From positions 27,838,001-27,902,000 of the forward strand of contig CAIIXF020000001.1 of the NCBI GenBank assembly GCA_903813345.2: a stretch of DNA of 64,000 nucleotides, written 5' to 3'. A program made the translations under genes and the position numbers. A model generated the notes under the pieces. It ran no database searches, was not told the DNA's origin, and was given only the letters and a program-made list of their open reading frames with translations. Shown here piece by piece: positions 1-10,800 of this stretch; within the stretch, counting starts at the first letter, position 1; every line of letters starts with the position of its first letter. Origin of the DNA: Owenia fusiformis. Its lineage: Eukaryota.

Positions 1-220
1 TCCATAAGTTTTTGTGTGGAAATTCAAATGTTGTATCCCATTCAACATTGAAAAATATCAATTCTTTTGTTTCCATTCATTCCGGATAACAAGGATTAAA
101 TACTGAAACACATTCAACTCTCAGCTTACTGTTCGAACAAGAGGTAAAGAAGTGTCAGATCTACATGTACATTATCACTGGTAAGTATCAAGCGAAGGTT
201 ACGGCCGTCACCTTCGCATT

Positions 221-240
221 TAAGATGGCGGACAGGAAGT
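221..240. promoter_or_regulatory. Adjacent YY1-like (AAGATGGCGG) and ETS-like (CAGGAAGT) motifs, possible housekeeping promoter
   Basis: TAAGATGGCGGACAGGAAGT. A minus-strand ATG at 76 opens METKELIFFNVEWDTTFEFPHKNLW, which runs off the window start. Confidence 0.3.
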
Positions 241-348
241 ATTTATTTCGATATTTTCAGTTTTCATGGAATTAACTATTTGAAAGTTGTAATGCTTTGA
301 TATCATTTGAACTAAACCAAGCTTTTCTCATATGACTAACAAAGATAG

Positions 349-855
349 TAGTGGAATGGGTGATAGGTGTTTTTCGTGCGATGAAGTCTAAAAATTTTAA
401 TTGGTATAATCATTTAGGCCACCTAAAACTACATTTATTCATGAATTTTCAGTTTCCAATTTTTCAGCGTTAAGCGGCTGTTCCATTTTACCCCCCCCCC
501 TGAAAAACCAAAAGAGGGGTATGTATACAAATGCAGCCATTTCACCATTATACTTCGAGCAATTCTATTGAAAGTTCACGGGAACATACATTGTATAATA
601 GACATGTATCATGCAAAATATGAGTGTGAAAGCTCTACTTGTTGCCATGGTAACCACTCGTTGAATTATAAAAATGACTGAAAAAGGGCGATTTTCGTAC
701 ATTCGGATTGCAGTAAACTGAACTTATCTTGTTGTAAGAGATTGATTGATCAGTCTAAATATGCTTAAAAACTTCACAGATGTGTATGGTACAAATCTAG
801 GGGAAAAGTAAATTTTTGGGATGTTTCTTATATTTTACATGATTTTTTTAATATG
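349..855. repeat. Left terminal inverted repeat (~500 bp)
   Basis: Near-perfect reverse complement of ~6273-6781, with scattered substitutions and a C10 vs G13 run difference; degenerate similarity continues to ~1040. Confidence 0.95.
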
Positions 856-1405
856 CATACCCCTATTCAGGATCCATATGTGCTTTTCTTGTCTGTAATG
901 TCAAAAACATAGATATCTTCAATATTTCAAGTTGAATCTTTTCTTATATTATACTGGAAAGCTAAATGCATATTAATGAGATCCATGGTCAGGATTAATG
1001 TAATATTTGTATCTGTTGCTCTGGTGACCACATATAACTATTAATTTTTCGCACATGTTCCATGTTATATCGTGAAGACAGCAGATTTCATCATTTCAGG
1101 AATATTTGTCTTGCATCATTACATACACAATACACAGAGTAAAAGGTCTAAAGAGGTACTATATCTAGTATACTTAGATGGGGTTTGTCATGACTGACTC
1201 TTCAAAATTGAGGTTTTAAAAAAAAGCACATGTAATGAAAAATCAGAAAATGGAACTTGTTACAAGATTAAGTTGAAAACAGGTAAAATAAACTAATAAC
1301 ATTTATGACATATTATTCTCTTACATCTGAAGAAATTCAAAATACATTAAAACATAAATTTTCAGAATAGTTTACCATGAAATTAAGATTAAACTGAAAA
1401 AGTAA

Positions 1406-3046
1406 ATGTCAAACAATATATATTTCAGGGAAGCAATGAGTGAACGAGTCTTGAGAAAGCGTGTTGCACCTGCATCAGAGGCTCGCGGTGAGACATCTAG
1501 GCCAACATATCTGTTTTCCGATTCCAAATGTATTTTTTGTGATAAAACTATTAAATATCTGAAAAACAATAAGAAGGAATATCTTACACAATGTACTACA
1601 AAAATAACTAGAGCAACAATTAATCATGCTATGCATATAAGAGAGGATTGGAACTTAATTCGCAAAATTGGCGGACGTGATCTTCTGGCTGGAGAGGCTC
1701 ATTTCCATCAGGCTTGCAAGCGCTCATATTGTGAACCTAAAATTGTTGGAAAACCTGAGGTAGATGACTATGGTGATTTAATTGAAAAAACTACAGGGAC
1801 AAATGTCAAATTTGATGAAAAAGAACCAGAGGAATCCAATGACCCATCATTCACCTACATATGTGAAAGGATATCCGAAGACATTATGCTTAGGAAGAAT
1901 GTTGGTTCTCTTAATAACATTCACAAACAATATCAGACCCATAAACAAGAAAATGATCCCGTGAATTATCAAAAGGACTATCGCAGAAGTAGATTGAAAT
2001 CTCGCTTGCAGTCTCATTATGGTAATAGAATAGTTTTACAGCCTGGTAAAAATGAGAAAGACATTTTGATTTATAGCTCAAGTCTAACTGTATCAGATAT
2101 TGCCGACTCAGCTGCAATGGTAAATCAGACAAATGAACATGGATGCCTGCAGAAAGCAGCACATTATTTAAGAGACAAGATAATTGCTGCTAGTGAAAAC
2201 GTCTCTCCAACAAACTGGCCACCATCTGCTTCAGAATTATCAGCAAGTATGTTCCACACTATTCCACCAGAGTTGCAATATTTTCTTATACTTCTGCTAT
2301 CAGGCAATGACACAAAAATGAACAATACAAAATATAAACGCTTGACTCATACCATAGGGCAAGACATTTGCTATGGTGCAACAAATGGATCATTCAAAAT
2401 GCCAAAACATTACTTGCTTGCGATAGCTATTCATCATCTTACAGGGAGTGCAGAGTTGATCACACTACTGAATCATCATGGGTACTGCACCAGTTACACA
2501 GAGGTCCTAGAAATAGAGACTGCAATATGTGAAGAGATTAAACAGCAAGTGTCATCCTTACCACCATCAATATCCATTTTGTCAAACCAAGTTCTGATGT
2601 ATTGCTTCGATAATTTTGATCTCAATGAGCAGACTCCCAGTGGTTCAGGAACTACACATTCTACCCATGGCATTGTCATTCAAGAACAGAAATCTGTGAA
2701 TCCTCACTGTCATCAAGACACAGCTATGGAGGTTGACGCACATACAGAGTCTAGTGAAAGTCAAGGTCAGCTGGAGCCAATGGATGATGATGGTGGTGAT
2801 ATTTCTTCAGAATCTCAAGGTGGTGTGCCAATCCTTCTACCTCAGTCAGATGAACATGTTGATGAAATTGTTGATTCTAGTGCTCAGCCTCCATCACTTG
2901 AACCAACTAAGGAACGCTACCCTAATGCAAGGAGATCAGTTAAACTGACAGAGGACATATTACCACCATGTTATGCAGTTAACAAAGCAGAACCACCTAA
3001 AGGGTTTGATGTCTTCACAATCTCAGAGGAAAGTGGCATTAGCTAA
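1406..3046 (+). CDS. Academ transposase, N-terminal part (Zn-finger and first catalytic Asp)
   Basis: 546-aa ORF with CIFC...C...EAHFHQACKRSY Cys/His cluster, MPKH..LAIAIHHLTGS..LI.LLNHHG.C.SY and FDNFD..EQT.SG..TTHST.GI.IQ. The true start may be spliced in (TTTCAG acceptor at ~1428) or be the Met at 1436. Confidence 0.8.
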   Translation: MSNNIYFREAMSERVLRKRVAPASEARGETSRPTYLFSDSKCIFCDKTIKYLKNNKKEYLTQCTTKITRATINHAMHIREDWNLIRKIGGRDLLAGEAHFHQACKRSYCEPKIVGKPEVDDYGDLIEKTTGTNVKFDEKEPEESNDPSFTYICERISEDIMLRKNVGSLNNIHKQYQTHKQENDPVNYQKDYRRSRLKSRLQSHYGNRIVLQPGKNEKDILIYSSSLTVSDIADSAAMVNQTNEHGCLQKAAHYLRDKIIAASENVSPTNWPPSASELSASMFHTIPPELQYFLILLLSGNDTKMNNTKYKRLTHTIGQDICYGATNGSFKMPKHYLLAIAIHHLTGSAELITLLNHHGYCTSYTEVLEIETAICEEIKQQVSSLPPSISILSNQVLMYCFDNFDLNEQTPSGSGTTHSTHGIVIQEQKSVNPHCHQDTAMEVDAHTESSESQGQLEPMDDDGGDISSESQGGVPILLPQSDEHVDEIVDSSAQPPSLEPTKERYPNARRSVKLTEDILPPCYAVNKAEPPKGFDVFTISEESGIS

Positions 3047-5981
3047 TGCTTCTAGAAGTGATCTGATGTGGATTTTGTGTCGTCATCAACAGTCAGAAAA
3101 TCAGAGTGTCCCTAGCTGGGCAGGTTGGGTGTCACTAACAGGCAAGGGCTCAACTAATGTACCAGTTCAGTCTGTTATAGACTATCTTCCTCCAATAAAC
3201 CACCCAATAACTGAGAATGCTACAGTTCAAGAGTGCCTGAATATTGCTATGCAAGGAACAGCTGAGGTGGGCCAACATTACACATTAGTAACATTTGATC
3301 TGGCAGCAGCCAAAAAGGCCCTGAACATTGTATGGCAATTTCAAAAATACTGTACTGTGATAGTAATGTTAGGTGTTTTCCATTCGCTGTGTTCTTATTT
3401 CTGCACCATTGGAAAATTTGTGAGGGGCTCTGGTTTTGAAGAGATACTGCTTGAATCAGAAATTTGTGCTAGTGGATCATTAGATGCAGTCCTTAATGGA
3501 AAAAATTACAACAGAAGCCTGAGAGTTCACAAGATAATGTATGAAGCACTGGAACGTATGTTGTTGGAGAAATTCCAGCAGGAACACCAACTAAATCCAG
3601 CTGCAAAGAAGAAACTTCAAGATCTAGCTGAAAACCTAAATGAAGAGCTTCTGCAGCAATCCCTCTCTGATAAAGATGTTAGTGAATTCTGTCAAAAATT
3701 CTTCCAGTTCAAAATGGACATCAGACAAGGGAAAATGGGTAAAACTCCACAGTTTTGGGTCCAGTACAGTGATATGGTTGGCACTGCACTTCAGTATATC
3801 CGTGCCACAAAGGAAAATGATCTCAACCTCCACATTGGAGCACACTCAGCCATGAATAGTGCATTCTTTGCCATGGACCATCAAAATTATGCCAGATTTC
3901 ACTGTTACCAATTTCTCACCCTTCTCAACCTGGATAAGACACATCCTGGTGCAACAGAGCTCATCTCAAACAATGGATTCTCTGTTTCAAGATCAGATGT
4001 ATCATGCTCACGAAATCCTGTGGACATTACCATAGAACAAACTATCAATTGCAATGCAAAATCTAAAGGTGGTATTGTTGGTTTCAGTAGGAACAAGGGT
4101 GCATATCAGCGCTGGTGCGTTACACGAACACAGAGAGGACTGTATACAGAGGCTGCCCTTGATATAGCTGGAATGAGAGACTCAGACGATATCCTCCATA
4201 GAGACAACTCATTAGCCCAAGTAACAACATCTGAAGCTGGTGTAAAGTCAGTAATGCAGGCATTCAAAAACTTCATCAACCCATTTGACATCAATGAGCC
4301 TGCTCTTCACTGTGTATCATCTGGTTTGCCAGCCCCAGCAGAAGTTCAAGGGCTGACTGATGCATTACAGAAAGGTTACCAAGCAAGTGAACAATTCATT
4401 GATAGACTGAGAGATCAAAACTCAGAACTTAAGTTTCACGATAGCATAAAAAAGATGAAAGTCGCAACATTTGCAAATTCTGCTGTGACCAAGAAGATGA
4501 CAACTTCAAAAAATAAGGTTGTTGAAATCAGCGCCACAAGAAACCTATTTGGCCAACTACTTAATGTATCTCAAAACAGTGAGATTAGTCTTGAGAGGCT
4601 CATGGGATATTGCATGGGTCCTGTTCCTTGGCCTCTTGCCCTACCTGATGGCTCTCTAGAAAAAACACCAAAGTCAACACTCATTCATGAGCTGCAAGGG
4701 AATGACAGTATTCCATCTCCCCCATCTGAATCAATAACTATCTTGGATGGAAATATGAGTTTCTATCAAATGGAAAAAATAGCACCAACATTTGGTAAAG
4801 TTGCAAGAGACATATTCACACACTTACCAAAATCCAAGAACGTACATTTTGTAACCGATTCCTACCATGAAAACTCCATTAAAGATCTTGAGAGAAACAA
4901 AAGGGGGCAGTCAGATCCAATTATCCTGAAGGGAGCCCACACTAAAACCCCATCAAAATCATGGAATAACTTCCTAACAAGTGGCAAAAATAAAGAGGAA
5001 CTTATCAAGTTCCTGTTACGTGAATGGCAAACCAAGAAGTATGCCAGTGATCTGAAGGGAAGAAACATCTACTTCTCAGACCAAGAGAATACAATTCTAC
5101 TCACAAGTGATGGTGAAAAGGTTTATACTTCCCCAGTAAATGACCTAGCATCTAACCAAGAAGAAGCAGATACAAAGATAATTCTTCACATGCTGTTCGC
5201 TGCAAGACATGGAAAACCAGTAATTGTTCGATCCCTTGATACCGATGTCTTTCTAATACTCCTAAGGTATGCTGACAGGGTCGATGTACAGATATATTTT
5301 GACACTGGAAAAGGAGATGGGCGTCGCCTCCTTGACATCCAAGCAATAGCCTCCCGCCTGGGCCAGCAACTTTGTGAAGCACTGCCCAGCTTCCATGCTT
5401 TCACGGGGTGCGATAGCACTAGTGCATTCATTCGCAGAGGCAAGATAAAGCCACTCAAAATTCTTACCAGAGGTCCTCCAGATGAAAGGAATCGTTTCCT
5501 GAAACTGTTTACTACAATGGGAAATACTGTTGAGGTTACCAACCAAATGGAATCTACTGCTGAGGACTATGTTTGCAAAATGTACTCTAGAAAAACCAAG
5601 CTAAGGAACATCAACAAACTTCGCTATGAACTATTTCAACAAAGATATTCCCCCAAGAAATCAGGAGATGCTTTGACTTACGATGGAACTGACTTGTCAC
5701 TGTTACCCCCCTGTAGAGACTCTATAATTCAAAAGTTGAAAAGGAGTAACTATCAAAGCTATATCTGGAAACAATCACACATTGCTGTCAGTGAACTCCC
5801 AAATGCCACGTTGCATGGCTGGCAACTTGATACCAATGGTAACATTGAGCCACAATGGTCTAGTTTACCCGTCTTACCGAAAGACCTTGTAGATCTGCTT
5901 GATGAGGTTGCTGAGCCTATTGTACTTGAAGATGCAGACTTCTTGGGAAGTGTTGAGGGTGGAGATGTTCTAGACAGCTAG
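2973..5981 (+). CDS. Academ transposase C-terminal part fused to an XPG/FEN-like (PIN plus H3TH) nuclease
   Basis: 1002-aa ORF. Transposase core: TFDLAAAKKA, MLGVFH, HQNYARF, DITIEQTIN..KSKGG. Nuclease motifs: ILDG, FVTDSY, QEEADTKIILH, DTDV, FHAFTGCDSTSAF, LLPPC...RSNYQ..IW. In the +1 frame relative to the upstream ORF. Confidence 0.85.
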   Translation: MQLTKQNHLKGLMSSQSQRKVALANASRSDLMWILCRHQQSENQSVPSWAGWVSLTGKGSTNVPVQSVIDYLPPINHPITENATVQECLNIAMQGTAEVGQHYTLVTFDLAAAKKALNIVWQFQKYCTVIVMLGVFHSLCSYFCTIGKFVRGSGFEEILLESEICASGSLDAVLNGKNYNRSLRVHKIMYEALERMLLEKFQQEHQLNPAAKKKLQDLAENLNEELLQQSLSDKDVSEFCQKFFQFKMDIRQGKMGKTPQFWVQYSDMVGTALQYIRATKENDLNLHIGAHSAMNSAFFAMDHQNYARFHCYQFLTLLNLDKTHPGATELISNNGFSVSRSDVSCSRNPVDITIEQTINCNAKSKGGIVGFSRNKGAYQRWCVTRTQRGLYTEAALDIAGMRDSDDILHRDNSLAQVTTSEAGVKSVMQAFKNFINPFDINEPALHCVSSGLPAPAEVQGLTDALQKGYQASEQFIDRLRDQNSELKFHDSIKKMKVATFANSAVTKKMTTSKNKVVEISATRNLFGQLLNVSQNSEISLERLMGYCMGPVPWPLALPDGSLEKTPKSTLIHELQGNDSIPSPPSESITILDGNMSFYQMEKIAPTFGKVARDIFTHLPKSKNVHFVTDSYHENSIKDLERNKRGQSDPIILKGAHTKTPSKSWNNFLTSGKNKEELIKFLLREWQTKKYASDLKGRNIYFSDQENTILLTSDGEKVYTSPVNDLASNQEEADTKIILHMLFAARHGKPVIVRSLDTDVFLILLRYADRVDVQIYFDTGKGDGRRLLDIQAIASRLGQQLCEALPSFHAFTGCDSTSAFIRRGKIKPLKILTRGPPDERNRFLKLFTTMGNTVEVTNQMESTAEDYVCKMYSRKTKLRNINKLRYELFQQRYSPKKSGDALTYDGTDLSLLPPCRDSIIQKLKRSNYQSYIWKQSHIAVSELPNATLHGWQLDTNGNIEPQWSSLPVLPKDLVDLLDEVAEPIVLEDADFLGSVEGGDVLDS

Positions 5982-6272
5982 AAAAGAAAAATGACTATAA
6001 ACATGTTAAACTTCAAAACAATGCTAATGGAGGTAAATTTGTACTCTCATACTGTTTTGTGACATTCTCCATTTAATATGTGGTTACCATAGCAACAGTT
6101 ACAAAATTTTTTCTGAAGTGTATCTTAGCTCCTCACTGTAGATTGAGTTTTCCTATTAATTATACAGTGAAATATTTCTGATAGCCTACATAGTATACTA
6201 TAAGAAACTCATTTTGACATTTTAATAGACATTGGAGAAATAATCACTTTCTCGTCTTGAATGAGGGTATGA

Positions 6273-6781
6273 GTATTAAAAAAATCATGTAAAATATAAG
6301 AAACATCCCAAAAATTTACTTTTCCCCTAGATTTGTACCATACACATCTGTGAAGTTTTTAAGCATATTTAGACTGATCAATCAATTTCTTACAACAAGA
6401 TAAGTTCAGTTTACTGCAATCCTAATGTATGAAAATCGCCCTTTTTCAGTCATTTTTATAATTCAACGAGTGGTTACCATGGCAACAAGTAGAGCTTTCA
6501 CACTCATATTTTGCATTATACATGTCTATTATACAATGTATGTTCCCATGAACTTTCAATAGAATTGCTCGAAGTATAATGGTGAAATGGCTGCATTTGT
6601 ACACATACCCCTCTATTGGTTTTTCAGGGGGGGGGGGGGTAAAATGGAACAGCCGCTTAACGCTGAAAAATTGGAAACTGAAAATTCATGAATGGATGGA
6701 GCTTTAGGTGGCCTAAATGATTATAACAATTAAAATTTTTAGACTACATCGCACGAAAAACACCTATCACCCATTCCACTA
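6273..6781. repeat. Right terminal inverted repeat (~500 bp)
   Basis: Reverse complement of 349-855; degenerate extension inward to ~6070. Confidence 0.95.
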
Positions 6782-7576
6782 TAGCCTAGAGCCATCTTCA
6801 CCCCATGCAAGATATTGCATCTTTCATCCTAAAAAGTCACACGTGCAAGATGAGATTTAGTTGTGACATCACTTGTTTAAAAACATCAATAACATAGCAA
6901 CAAATATACGGAGTTTTTGGTTTCATGATCCTTACCATATCATACATTTCCATTAACCTTCCATTAAGCGTCACCGTACAGCTGATGTCGCTGCACAAAT
7001 CTGATCTTTTTTAAATACACACAATGAATGGTTATTTGCTGAATCTTCGCCCGTTCTAAAATGTGTAAGTTACAAATACATATTCTCATAAAAATAATCC
7101 ATACTCTCAGACGGTAGGAAAAATAATAACCAAACGAAATGTGGAAAAATCAACTTTTTTCACTTTGGTCGATTATGTGGGCCGATTCACTCAGAAAAAA
7201 TCCGGACAGTGCTCGTAGTCCCCAATGGACCATACTTCAGCCTCCTCTCATTGTAATCTACTATCTATATTCTCACTACAGTATGTAATTAAATGTCGAT
7301 CAAAACTACATAGAGATTTTATATGTACACATACAACATTATTCTTAAACTTGAATTTTTAATTGCAGAGATTGTTGGCAGTATTGATATGAAGGCATTC
7401 AATTTCATTTCTGTACATGACTAGTGCACTACTGTACCTGTATGTAGACACACTTGTAAAACAAAGCTGGAATCCCACAGTCTGGAATTCAGTTTTAATT
7501 GACACTGTTGGCTTTCCTACATGTCCTATGTACTTCTGTAATACAACAGTTTGGAACTTAGTAGACAGTAACTTTA

Positions 7577-7709
7577 CTATGCCGATGGCGATGCCCCCGG
7601 CGATGCCCATCGGCGTGCCGACCTGTGCCTATCGACGTGCCGATCGGCCTGCCGACTACGCGCCTATCGACGCGTCGATGGGAGCATGCCGATGTGATTT
7701 TAGGCATAG
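7577..7709. mobile_element. Small GC-rich MITE-like element
   Basis: TA|CTATGCC ... GGCATAG|TA ends; CpG-rich interior of repeated GCCGAT/ATCGAC motifs in otherwise AT-rich DNA just 3' of the CRAL-TRIO stop. Confidence 0.55.
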
Positions 7710-7810
7710 TATGTAGTGTACTTGTATTTAGAAATTGTTCAATTTAAATAGACATAAATATCTCTGTCAATCCATTGAAATGTGAAAGTTTTCATATTTC
7801 ATTGTGCGTT

Positions 7811-10800
7811 TTAATCAACACTGCTAGCTTTCCTATATACTCCTGGTATACAAGCGTCAATTGGGTCAGTTGTGTCTAGATCCACACTCTCTAATCCTGT
7901 TAAAGTTGAGGTATCTCCCTCAAGGGAATACTCGGATAGTTTCTCAAAATATTGCTCTGAATTTAGTAATTGCTCAGCCCAAACGGAGTTAGAGTATTGC
8001 GAGAGACATCCTCCAAAGTCCACTGGTAACACCTCCACAGAAATCCCCTCTGATTCATATAAAGAGTTGAAGTCTGTATGTACGTGAAGCTGCAAAAATA
8101 AGGGATTAGGGATTGTTATTTCAGCTTTATTTACACATATATGATTTTACTTTAAATAGAAATGGTCTTGTTTTGAAAATAGGCGAGCTTTTGAACCAGG
8201 AGTCATGTGGGAGTTTTCTGTATTGATGTTGAACAAAAATAACTTAGAATTGGACTCCTATCGACACAGGTTTTAAAGCAAAAATGGTCCAAAAGTGAAT
8301 TTCCTGAGACAAAAATGGTGACCATTTTGAAAATAGGCGAGCTTTTGAACCAGGAGTCATAGGGGGGTTTTCTATATTGATGCTGAACAAAAATAACTTA
8401 AAACGGGAATCCTATTGACAGGGGTTTAAAAACTGGCTTGATGACAGACGGACAAGTGAGTGATTGCAACAGCTCACCATGTGAGCAAACAAGACACAGA
8501 GTGAACAGAATCGTACCCTTGAATAGAATAGACAGTTTTCAGGATGGAAAATCCAAAATGTCCACCCTAACATACCATAACATGTATACCCAGACTGCCC
8601 AAAAACTAACCAGTGTTGCTGAAAATGTCAGATGAATCCCGAAAATGGAACCCATAGATATGTTGACAAGCCTTGATGGACAAGATTTCAGGATGGAAAA
8701 TTAAAAATTTCAGGTGAATCCCTCAAATGGTTTGGCTAGAAACCTGTAGACATAGTCAAGACTTGACTGACAGGATTTTAGGATGGAAAATCTAAAATGG
8801 CCACTTTACATTTACTCAGAATGCCCCAAAAATAATCATTTGTAAACTTTCATAGGTAACATCTCTGAAAATTTCAGATGAATACCTCACCCCATAAAAC
8901 AATTTGGCTGGGAACATGTCAGCGGTGGCGGTAGGCATATATTCTTGTGAGTCATCATGACTCAGGTAGTTTCAAAAAAGTGAGTCACAAGAAAAAAAGT
9001 TGAGTCAAAGCTATAAAAGTGTTTTTCTTGAGTAAAAATGCATACAAAATGTAGAAACCACATACAAAATCTATTTTTTGATTTTGTGCATACGTTTTAT
9101 TGTACTCTTATAGCACATTAACAACTAACAATTAATTAATTAGGCAATTGCAAGAAAAATGTCACTATTAATCATTTGATTATCTGGTCCAGCGAGTCAT
9201 GGGTGTGAATGGAGTGGGAGAGGAGTTTCTCCCTGTGTGGAGTTACACAAATTGGGGTCAAAGCGTTTCATGTTGAAATTCAACATTTTAGCAATCATTC
9301 CAAAGTCTAAAACGGCAATATAAGTCCGACCACAATACTGGGCATCATTTAAATTGAATACGGTAGAATCTTGTAATTATAAAATGAAACCGAAAGTAGA
9401 TTTGTTTTCATACCTAATTTATCATCATTACCCCCCTAATGTGCGATCGACTGGATTTTCATGTGCCCATTATCTATCTTCATAGGATCAGCTTCAGATC
9501 TAGTGAATCGAAGATCTTAACTTGAGGGAGTTAATTGAAAATACTTGGTGAAAACTTACGATAGATCGGTCACTGTGAGCACCATTGATAAACCTACTGC
9601 GCATTACATCTGCGCATGCTGATGAAGGGGACGGCTCAAGGAAACTTGCTAACTTAGCGAAGGAATTTTGCGAACTTGCGAAGGAAACTAAAGGTTCGTA
9701 AATCTAGCGTGTGAATATTCAAGGAAAGATTTTATGCGGTAATTTAGATAAATATACGATCACTAAAATCCTTAGAAGGGAGTATGAAATTAATAAATTA
9801 TTGTTCAATGTTATGTTCGTTTTATTGCATTTTTGATACGCCCCCTAGCACACGAGATAAACAAATCGAGGGATCGATCAATGTTTTCAAGTTTATCATT
9901 GAATCTGAATCACAGGGCTTTAAAAATTATATGAAATACCGAAATAAGAAAATGATCGGTAGGAAGGAGGCTCGATTGCGCTGAACGAAATGTTAGATTT
10001 CCGGAATTAGCAAAATTATAAATTTGATCAATCACGTATTTTCACGTATAGGGATCAATTTAACCAAGTACCAAGCGGGGATTTTGCATGTGAAACAAAC
10101 GTGCGTCAGAAAGACTCGGTAGACAATGAATATTTGCGTCAGAGTTGCAAAAATGTGAGTAAAAAACGTAAAAAATTGCGTTAACGCCACCTCTGATGTA
10201 GACAAGTCTTGACTGACAGGATTTCAGGACAGAAAATCCCAAATGGCCACCTTAACATTTACCCAGAATGCCCCAAAACTAATCAGTTCTAAACGTTTAT
10301 AGGTAGAAATATCCTTGAAAATTTCAGATGAATTGTTCAAATGGTTGGAAGCATGTAGACAAGATTTATCAGGACAAGCGCACTGCCTGCCCATCCACCT
10401 CCACACCTATCAACCCACCTGGCAACTGTTCACAATATAGACCCAAGGGTGCCATAAAAAAATTCTGAATAAATTTGAAAAGATTTCTTGAAAACTTTTG
10501 AAAATATCCCAGGTGAATGTACGATCATTTGTGATACTGCATCATTTGTTTCAAAGAGACGATTGGCAAATTATTTCCTACCCTACTGGCAAGTTTCTCT
10601 TTCAGGAATCCTCGAAGTACAGCAAATATCACACTGAATATATAAGGTGCATTCACATAATGGATTGCCTTCACCCGAGCAGGAAATGCCTCCTGAAAGA
10701 AACGATATGAACTGCCATCAAACAATTTAATTAGATGCAGCGGTTAAACATGTTAAACTGATTTGTTTAATTTGGTATAATTTCAGAGTTACCTCTAATG

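Larger units (their letters stand above)
349..6781 (+). mobile_element. Academ-superfamily (AcademX-type) DNA transposon, full length
   Basis: Starts TAGTGGAATGGGTGATAGG (349) and ends with the reverse complement ...CACCCATTCCACTA (6781). TAG flanks both sides (346-348, 6782-6784), a 3-bp TSD. Internal ORFs encode a DDE transposase plus an XPG-like nuclease, the AcademX architecture. Confidence 0.85.

Noticed and set aside
2973-5981. Host XPG/FEN1/Asteroid repair gene
   Set aside because: Intronless, fused to transposase motifs, and enclosed by TIRs and a TSD.
349-6781. CACTA/EnSpm assignment (3-bp TSD, CACTA pentamer at the end)
   Set aside because: The element starts TAGTG and ends CACTA, the reverse of CACTA elements, and the protein has the Academ transposase plus XPG layout.
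9784-9984. Duplicated 66-aa ORF (also 30988-31188) as a small gene
   Set aside because: Identity only reflects the duplicated transposon; no recognisable motif.
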